This document shows, one piece after another, positions 24,959-32,000 of a stretch of 32,000 bases of DNA (within the stretch, counting starts at the first letter, position 1; the number at the start of each line of letters is the position of its first letter). The notes under the pieces were generated by a model that did no database searches, was not told the DNA's origin, and saw only the letters and a program-made list of their open reading frames with translations. The stretch is from contig CAYGLP010000005.1 in assembly GCA_964350965.1 (NCBI GenBank), positions 17,899-49,898 on the forward strand, given 5' to 3'. The position numbers were made by a program, and so were the translations under genes. Origin of the DNA: an uncultured Nitrosopumilaceae archaeon. Its GTDB lineage: Archaea; Thermoproteota; Nitrososphaeria; Nitrososphaerales; Nitrosopumilaceae.

Positions 24959-26095
24959 ATGGATTATGAAGTTATAGTTGCAGGTGGAAGCGTCTCTGGA
25001 TTGTTATGTGCAAGAGAAATTGCACGATTAGGTCACAGCGTTTTGGTTATAGAAGAAGATTATGAAATTGGTACTCCAGAGCACTGCGGTGGAGTTGTAA
25101 GCGTTTCAGGAATTGAGGAACTTGGTGTGGTTCCAATCAGAGGAATACTTGATAACAAGATAAGATCTGCATCCATAATTTCGCCAGCTGGAAAGAGTTT
25201 CACACTTGATGCTAGAGCACAAAAAGTTGTAGTATTGGACAGAAGAGATTTTGATAAACAAATAGCACATCAAGCAAAAAATAACGGTGCAGAAATACGT
25301 GTCAGAACATCTCTGAAAGAAATCAACGGTGAAGAAGTAAAGACTTCAGAAGGCATACTGAAATGTAAAATTATAGTTGACGCACGAGGAGTCTCCTCAC
25401 TAATTCACAAAGATCGAGAAGGAATATTGCAATCTGCACAGTATGAAGTATATGCAGACTGGATTGAAAAGGATAGAATCGAAGTCTATTTTGATCAAGA
25501 AAAATACCCTGGATTCTTTGCTTGGATTATTCCTACACATACTGATATTGCTAAAGTCGGTGTTGCAGGAAAGGGAATAAACGCAGCCGTAGCACTTGAA
25601 AACTTTCTTTCACAAAAAGGAAAGTATTCCGTAGTGCGAAAGATCTTTGCACCGATCTGGATAAAGGGACCCATTGAAAACTTTGTTACAAAAAATGTTG
25701 TTACAATAGGAGATGCTGCTGGTCAGTCAAAGCCTACAACTGCGGGAGGTATATATTCATGCGGTCTTGGCGGCATATTTGCAGGCAGAACGATATCGAA
25801 ATATCTGAAATCAGGCAATCACTCCGATCTATTGGAATATCAAAAATCTTGGTCTGAAAAATTTGACCATGAATTTCAAAACATGCTTCTTGCACGAAAA
25901 CTCTTGGAAAGATTTGACAACAAAGCCATAGACAAGATGTTTGAATCTGTTACACCAGAAATCTTAGAAGAGATCTCAAAAGAAGGCACATTTGATTTTC
26001 ATACAGTTTCTCTTGCTAAACTTCTTGGTGTAAAAGGATCTGTAAAGGCAGTACAGGCAATTTTAGGTAGTGAGTTTAGACGACTATTAACATGA
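24959..26095 (+). CDS. Geranylgeranyl reductase family FAD-dependent oxidoreductase
   Basis: 378 aa. FAD fold YEVIVAGGSVSGLLCAREIARLGHSVLVIEE; GDAAGQSKPTTAGGI. Confidence 0.8.
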   Translation: MDYEVIVAGGSVSGLLCAREIARLGHSVLVIEEDYEIGTPEHCGGVVSVSGIEELGVVPIRGILDNKIRSASIISPAGKSFTLDARAQKVVVLDRRDFDKQIAHQAKNNGAEIRVRTSLKEINGEEVKTSEGILKCKIIVDARGVSSLIHKDREGILQSAQYEVYADWIEKDRIEVYFDQEKYPGFFAWIIPTHTDIAKVGVAGKGINAAVALENFLSQKGKYSVVRKIFAPIWIKGPIENFVTKNVVTIGDAAGQSKPTTAGGIYSCGLGGIFAGRTISKYLKSGNHSDLLEYQKSWSEKFDHEFQNMLLARKLLERFDNKAIDKMFESVTPEILEEISKEGTFDFHTVSLAKLLGVKGSVKAVQAILGSEFRRLLT

Positions 26096-26119
26096 GATAA
26101 AGTGTAATTGATAAGCAAG

Positions 26120-26127
26120 ATATAAAT
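26120..26127 (+). promoter_or_regulatory. TATA box for the Zn-ribbon/aEF-1beta/Cdc48 operon
   Basis: ATATAAAT centred 27.5 nt upstream of the ATG at 26151. Confidence 0.5.
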
Positions 26128-26150
26128 TCGGTTTTTGTTCAGGTCTGAAC

Positions 26151-26330
26151 ATGTCATCATCCATTGTATTACCAGTGTGTAGTTCGTGTCACAGAACTAT
26201 CATGCCTAATGATAAATGTGTGAAATTCAACTGCCCAAACTGCGGTTCTGTATTACTATGGAGATGCGAGAGCTGCAGAGAGGCTGCAAGAGCTTACAAA
26301 TGCAATTCTTGTAAATTTGATGGACCATAA
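26151..26330 (+). CDS. Small Zn-ribbon protein (four CxxC pairs; COG2888-like, typically next to aEF-1beta)
   Basis: Not in the ORF track (59 aa). Own translation: MSSSIVLPVCSSCHRTIMPNDKCVKFNCPNCGSVLLWRCESCREAARAYKCNSCKFDGP. An ATATAAAT box at 26120-26127 is centred 27.5 nt upstream. Confidence 0.75.
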   Translation: MSSSIVLPVCSSCHRTIMPNDKCVKFNCPNCGSVLLWRCESCREAARAYKCNSCKFDGP

Positions 26331-26333
26331 AAA

Positions 26334-26615
26334 ATGGCACGACTTTTACTTAAAGCAAAAATTCTTCCTACCGGCACAGAAGTAGATCTAGACAGTATAG
26401 CAAAAAAGATCGACACAATACTAAAGGACGGAATAAAGCTTTCAAAATACACAAAAGAGCCACTAGCTTTTGGTCTCTACTTTATTAATGCAGAGTTTTC
26501 CCTAGACGACAAGGGAGGACAGATGGACTCGCTTGAAAATGCAGTCAGATCTATTGAAGGCGTAGGAGAGTTTGAGGTCTTGGGCATGAGCAGAGCATCT
26601 GTTGATGTAAAGTAG
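26334..26615 (+). CDS. ef1b: Translation elongation factor aEF-1 beta
   Basis: 93 aa: [18 protein letters not shown]...[14 protein letters not shown]...[13 protein letters not shown]. Size and pattern are those of archaeal EF-1 beta. The start lies 3 nt after the Zn-ribbon stop. Confidence 0.85.
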   Translation: MARLLLKAKILPTGTEVDLDSIAKKIDTILKDGIKLSKYTKEPLAFGLYFINAEFSLDDKGGQMDSLENAVRSIEGVGEFEVLGMSRASVDVK

Positions 26616-26618
26616 GTG
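26614..26618 (+). promoter_or_regulatory. Shine-Dalgarno-like AGGTG for the Cdc48 TTG start
   Basis: AGGTG lies 5 nt upstream of the TTG at 26624 and overlaps the aEF-1beta stop codon. Confidence 0.35.
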
Positions 26619-26623
26619 TTTTC

Positions 26624-28795
<2,172 letters not shown>

Positions 28796-28797
28796 AC

Positions 28798-29118
28798 ATG
28801 ACTATACCATTGAAAAACCTAGTATATGACAAGGTAAAGGAATCTAGTTCTCTTACAGATTCTGAACTGCTAAAGATTCTTGTAAAAGAAGGGATTGTTC
28901 TTCCTGAGGATGAATTTAACAAAACTTTGCTTGATTTGGAAATATACGGGCTAATCAAAGTAGGTTGGCTTACAAAAGATGAACGCCGAATTGAAATTGT
29001 AGAAAAACAAGAAGAAGAAGACGAAGTAGAAATACAGAATCGTGAAAAACTAGAACACGATTATGAAGCTGGATTTCCAGGCATAGAACAAGAGCAAGTA
29101 CAAGATCAAGAAATTTAA
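28798..29118 (+). CDS. Hypothetical small protein: winged-helix-like N-half, strongly acidic C-tail
   Basis: 106 aa. The ATG lies 2 nt after the Cdc48 stop. LTDSELLKILVKEGIVLPEDEFNKTLLDLEIYGLIKVGWL..RRIEIV, then EKQEEEDEVEIQNREKLEHDYEAGFPGIEQEQVQDQEI. Confidence 0.6.
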   Translation: MTIPLKNLVYDKVKESSSLTDSELLKILVKEGIVLPEDEFNKTLLDLEIYGLIKVGWLTKDERRIEIVEKQEEEDEVEIQNREKLEHDYEAGFPGIEQEQVQDQEI

Positions 29119-30021
29119 TTAAATTCTAAAGTGAAACGCAGCATCTAATGCAATTGCTACAAAAATTATCGTAAGATATGGTGCCGTGACCTTGTATGCC
29201 TTCCAGGCAAACTCTGATGTTGGATTCTTTGTAAGCTTGTAATGATACACAAACAATAGACCACCAGAAATTGCTGCAATTGTTAGATACACAAGACCTA
29301 ATCCAAACACATAGAGCATAAGAGAATAAGGCAACAAGATTGCGGTGTTAATCAAAATATACTTTGATGTTCTTTCCATACCGATCAACACTGGAAGCAT
29401 TGGAACTTTGGCTTCTGCATAATCCTCGCGAATCTTCATAGCAAGACACCAAAAATGAGATGGAGTCCAGGCAAAAACCAACATTCCTACCAGTGCTCCA
29501 AGTAAATCCATTGAACCAGTTGCAGCTGACCATCCGGCCATTGAAGCAGCACTTCCTGCAAATCCTCCAATTACAATGTTTGATGCATTATTTCGCTTAA
29601 GCCACGCAGTATACACTATGACATAAAAGAAAATTCCTAATGCAATGAAAAATGTAGAAACAAGATTTAACGTAATTCCGGCATAAATTACTGAAACTGC
29701 ACTAACTGCCAAACCATACACAAGTACACTTTTTGCAGACATTCTGCCAGATGGAATTGGTCTAGTACTTGTACGTTTCATCAAAGGATCAATGTCTTTG
29801 TCGTAGTAGTGATTTAGTGCACTAGAACCTGCAGAAGCAAGTGCACCAGATATGATGATGTGCAAAAGACCCCAATTATTCAGATCAGGATCGATCAGCT
29901 TGTACTCACAGTCACAAATGCCTGGAAGCGCACTTGCTGCATACATCGATGTAACAGCAGTAATTACAAGTAGAATTACAATACGCGGTTTTGATATTTC
30001 TAAGATCTCTTTTAGTCCCAA
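29119..30021 (-). CDS. ctaB: Protoheme IX farnesyltransferase (heme O synthase), UbiA family
   Basis: 300 aa, TTG start (conserved SKPRIVILLVITA precedes the first ATG). Motif NHYYDKDIDPLMKRTSTRPIPSG. 8-9 TM helices. Confidence 0.88.
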   Translation of the reverse strand: MGLKEILEISKPRIVILLVITAVTSMYAASALPGICDCEYKLIDPDLNNWGLLHIIISGALASAGSSALNHYYDKDIDPLMKRTSTRPIPSGRMSAKSVLVYGLAVSAVSVIYAGITLNLVSTFFIALGIFFYVIVYTAWLKRNNASNIVIGGFAGSAASMAGWSAATGSMDLLGALVGMLVFAWTPSHFWCLAMKIREDYAEAKVPMLPVLIGMERTSKYILINTAILLPYSLMLYVFGLGLVYLTIAAISGGLLFVYHYKLTKNPTSEFAWKAYKVTAPYLTIIFVAIALDAAFHFRI

Positions 30022-30086
30022 CTCTTTGTTAGCCGTTTTGTTAGGGATTTAATTTCTTCGAAGTTTACAATCTCACGTCCAAAAGG

Positions 30087-30095
30087 ATTATTTAT
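30087..30095 (+). promoter_or_regulatory. TATA-like box for the tandem-cupredoxin gene
   Basis: ATTATTTAT centred 28 nt upstream of the ATG at 30119. A second box (AAATTAAAT on the minus strand, 30047-30055) sits ~30 nt upstream of the ctaB TTG. Confidence 0.4.
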
Positions 30096-30118
30096 CTCAC
30101 TTCGTTCAGGTACCACAA

Positions 30119-31225
30119 ATGAGCGACTGGGATCTGATGATGCCTGGAATGGGTCTTACTGCAGTGGGGCTAGCAGGCGTAGTCATCTCGTACGCTGGCA
30201 TTGCCAAGACCTTCATTGATGGAATGCACGCTCTTACTGGACTTACAATGTTCATAGGTTTGATCTTTCTAGCCTGTGGAATTCTAAGTGGAGGAGTTTC
30301 TACAAGTAACAAAGCCAAAGCTACGACTTTGGTGATCTTCGGTATTGCCGGTTCCTTTGGAGCATTTGCTTTCACAATGACGTCTGTTTCCTCATTACCA
30401 ACATTTGCAGGAGTTTTACTAATTGTTATAATTCCAACAATTGTCATCTCTTACGCCGCAATGAAAGTACCTCAATATGCCAAGCCAATATCTGTGATAT
30501 TTATCTTGGCTGCAGGTGTCGGAATTGCATCATTTGTAACACTTGGATTTGTAGGACCAGGTGCACAGTTTTCATTACAACCACCTGTACTTGAGGAAGA
30601 GGAACAACCAAAAGAACCAACTGAACCAACAGCACCCATAATCACAGTAGAAATCTTATCTGGTTCTTCAACGCCAGATGCTCCCGATTATAACCCTGAT
30701 GTTGTTACTGTTACAAAAGGAGACATTGTAGAATGGACAAATAATGACAATGTAGCTCATACTGTTACAAGTTCCTCCGATGCTGGTGTGACCTTTGACT
30801 CCGGTCTTATTTCTGCAGAAAGCCAGTACCAACTCAACACTGAGAACTTGGCAGTAAGCGAGTATCCATACTACTGTCAAGTTCATCCGTTTATGACCGC
30901 AACGCTGGTAGTAAAAGAACCGACCGCGCCAGTAATTACTAAAATAAGTATTCCACAGGGAGCAATGACACAAAGTGAAGGACAATTGTATTATGATCCA
31001 CAGGAAATTACAGTTTCAGTTGGAACTACAGTAGTTTGGTCAAATGACGATACTGCTGCACATACAGTTACAAGTGGAAATCCAAGTGCAGGACCATCAG
31101 GAGTATTTGATTCAGGTATATTCGCTGCAGGAAAAACATTTGAACACAAATTTAATTCTGCTGGCACGACAGAGTACTACTGTCAAGTTCATCCATGGAT
31201 GATAGGAAAAGTTACAGTACAGTAG
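30119..31225 (+). CDS. Polytopic (about 5 TM) membrane protein with two tandem type-1 (blue) copper cupredoxin domains
   Basis: 368 aa with five N-terminal hydrophobic helices and an acidic Pro linker EEEEQPKEPTEPTAP. Domain 1 has VAHTVTS...YYCQVHPFM. Domain 2 has AAHTVTS...YYCQVHPWM (H, C-x2-H-x2-M ligand set). Confidence 0.85.
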   Translation: MSDWDLMMPGMGLTAVGLAGVVISYAGIAKTFIDGMHALTGLTMFIGLIFLACGILSGGVSTSNKAKATTLVIFGIAGSFGAFAFTMTSVSSLPTFAGVLLIVIIPTIVISYAAMKVPQYAKPISVIFILAAGVGIASFVTLGFVGPGAQFSLQPPVLEEEEQPKEPTEPTAPIITVEILSGSSTPDAPDYNPDVVTVTKGDIVEWTNNDNVAHTVTSSSDAGVTFDSGLISAESQYQLNTENLAVSEYPYYCQVHPFMTATLVVKEPTAPVITKISIPQGAMTQSEGQLYYDPQEITVSVGTTVVWSNDDTAAHTVTSGNPSAGPSGVFDSGIFAAGKTFEHKFNSAGTTEYYCQVHPWMIGKVTVQ

Positions 31226-31232
31226 AGCAACA

Positions 31233-31640
31233 TTGCAACAAGCAATTCTACTTTCTAAAGATCATGTCAATATTCTAGCTAAGCATGCAAAAAAAGCATC
31301 ACCAAATGAGTCTTGCGCCATTTTGTTTGGCAAAATTGAAAAAAATCATTTTAGAGTAAAAGATGTTTTTTTAACAAATAACATAGAAAATTCACCAGTA
31401 AACTTTACCATCTCAAACGACGAACTCATCAAAGTATATCAAGAAGCAGAAAAAAGAAAACTGGATGTGGTTGGAATTTTTCACTCTCATCCAGATTCTG
31501 AAGCTTATCCATCTATGACAGACCAGAAATTCATGGAGATAAATCCTGTACCTTGGATAATATTTTCAAACAAAAGTGAACAATTCAAAGCATATGTGTT
31601 TGAATCAAAAATAAAACCATTCGATCTATCTGTAGAATGA
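31233..31640 (+). CDS. JAB1/MPN/Mov34 (JAMM) metalloprotease, minimal single-domain form
   Basis: 135 aa. The TTG start 7 nt after the cupredoxin stop is required by the conserved N-terminus. Catalytic Glu in PNESCAILFG. JAMM motif HSHPDSEAYPSMTD (HxHx7Sx2D). Confidence 0.85.
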   Translation: MQQAILLSKDHVNILAKHAKKASPNESCAILFGKIEKNHFRVKDVFLTNNIENSPVNFTISNDELIKVYQEAEKRKLDVVGIFHSHPDSEAYPSMTDQKFMEINPVPWIIFSNKSEQFKAYVFESKIKPFDLSVE

Positions 31641-31641
31641 G

Positions 31642-31740
31642 TTACTTGTGAATGCTTTTCTTATGTCTTTCTAGATGCTCTTTATCAGTAAAGGATACGT
31701 TACACTCTTTGCATTTGAGCGTAGTTTTGAGGTGCCACAA
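31642..31740 (-). CDS. Candidate 32-aa C2H2 zinc-finger mini-protein
   Basis: Not in the ORF track. Own translation from TTG: MWHLKTTLKCKECNVSFTDKEHLERHKKSIHK. It fits C-x2-C-x3-F-x5-L-x2-H-x4-H exactly. There is no ATG start, so this is tentative. Confidence 0.4.
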   Translation of the reverse strand: MWHLKTTLKCKECNVSFTDKEHLERHKKSIHK

Positions 31741-31786
31741 TCATGATACATAATGCTTCATGACGTAAAAGCATTTTCATGATGTC

Positions 31787-32000
31787 TTATTTAGCTGTTC
31801 TAAAAGTAACTATCATTCCATCAGGTACATCTTTTAGAAATTTTTTATCAGTTGTTTTGATTTTACCAATTACATTAACAGGAGAATATGGTTTGATCTC
31901 ATCTTTTTTTCCTATAGGTGTTGGACCAAAAAAGAGACATATTGCTTTGCCTGAAGGCCAATAAGCCACATCCATCAGTTCTACTACTGCTTTTGCATTT
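31787..32000 (-). CDS. Cyclophilin-like (TM1367-type) domain protein, 5' end outside the window
   Basis: The frame stays open to the window edge upstream of the track Met. ...DVAYWPSGKAICLFFGPTPIG...PVNVIGKI...DVPDGMIVTF resembles the 'iayW..g.alcifyG...pvnvlGki' pattern of that family, recalled from memory. Confidence 0.45.
   Translation of the reverse strand, partial: NAKAVVELMDVAYWPSGKAICLFFGPTPIGKKDEIKPYSPVNVIGKIKTTDKKFLKDVPDGMIVTFRTAK

Overview
AT-rich (about one-third G+C by eye), almost gap-free coding window. It reads as core chromosome of a marine ammonia-oxidising archaeon (Nitrosopumilales-type Thaumarchaeota/Nitrososphaerota). Supporting genes: archaeal/eukaryal-type L39e, L31e, L15e, aEF-1beta and Pth2, plus TruD, Cdc48, a NirK-like multicopper oxidase, membrane cupredoxins, a degenerate FtsZ homologue and a PEFG-CTERM-like sorting tail. 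I call 38 CDS. Three fall below the 60-aa ORF-track cutoff: L39e, a Zn-ribbon protein and a 32-aa C2H2 finger. I saw no rRNA, tRNA, CRISPR, transposase or integrase. Functional blocks in order: a NitT/TauT-type ABC importer (59-2707); a methionine block with a MetF-like gene and a split MetH (3822-8165); L39e-L31e; FtsZ-like, MiaB-like and fumarase genes on the minus strand facing nirK-serA; an islet of secreted or anchored proteins around L15e (15664-19121); a Trx-NHL/MsrA redox pair; pth2, a Vgb-like propeller and truD; a GGR-like reductase; a Zn-ribbon/aEF-1beta/Cdc48/small-protein operon; and heme O synthase facing a 5-TM tandem cupredoxin followed by a JAMM protease. I found no clear-cut defence or mobile system. 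The most promising under-described items are: (i) the Cdc48 operon with a tightly coupled 106-aa acidic-tailed protein; (ii) the polytopic tandem cupredoxin plus JAMM beside heme O synthase; (iii) the secreted-paralogue / PEFG-like islet; (iv) the degenerate FtsZ; (v) a perfect-consensus C2H2 mini-ORF. TATA-like boxes centred 25-30 nt upstream of about a dozen start codons suggest mostly leaderless mRNAs, including several TTG/GTG starts.
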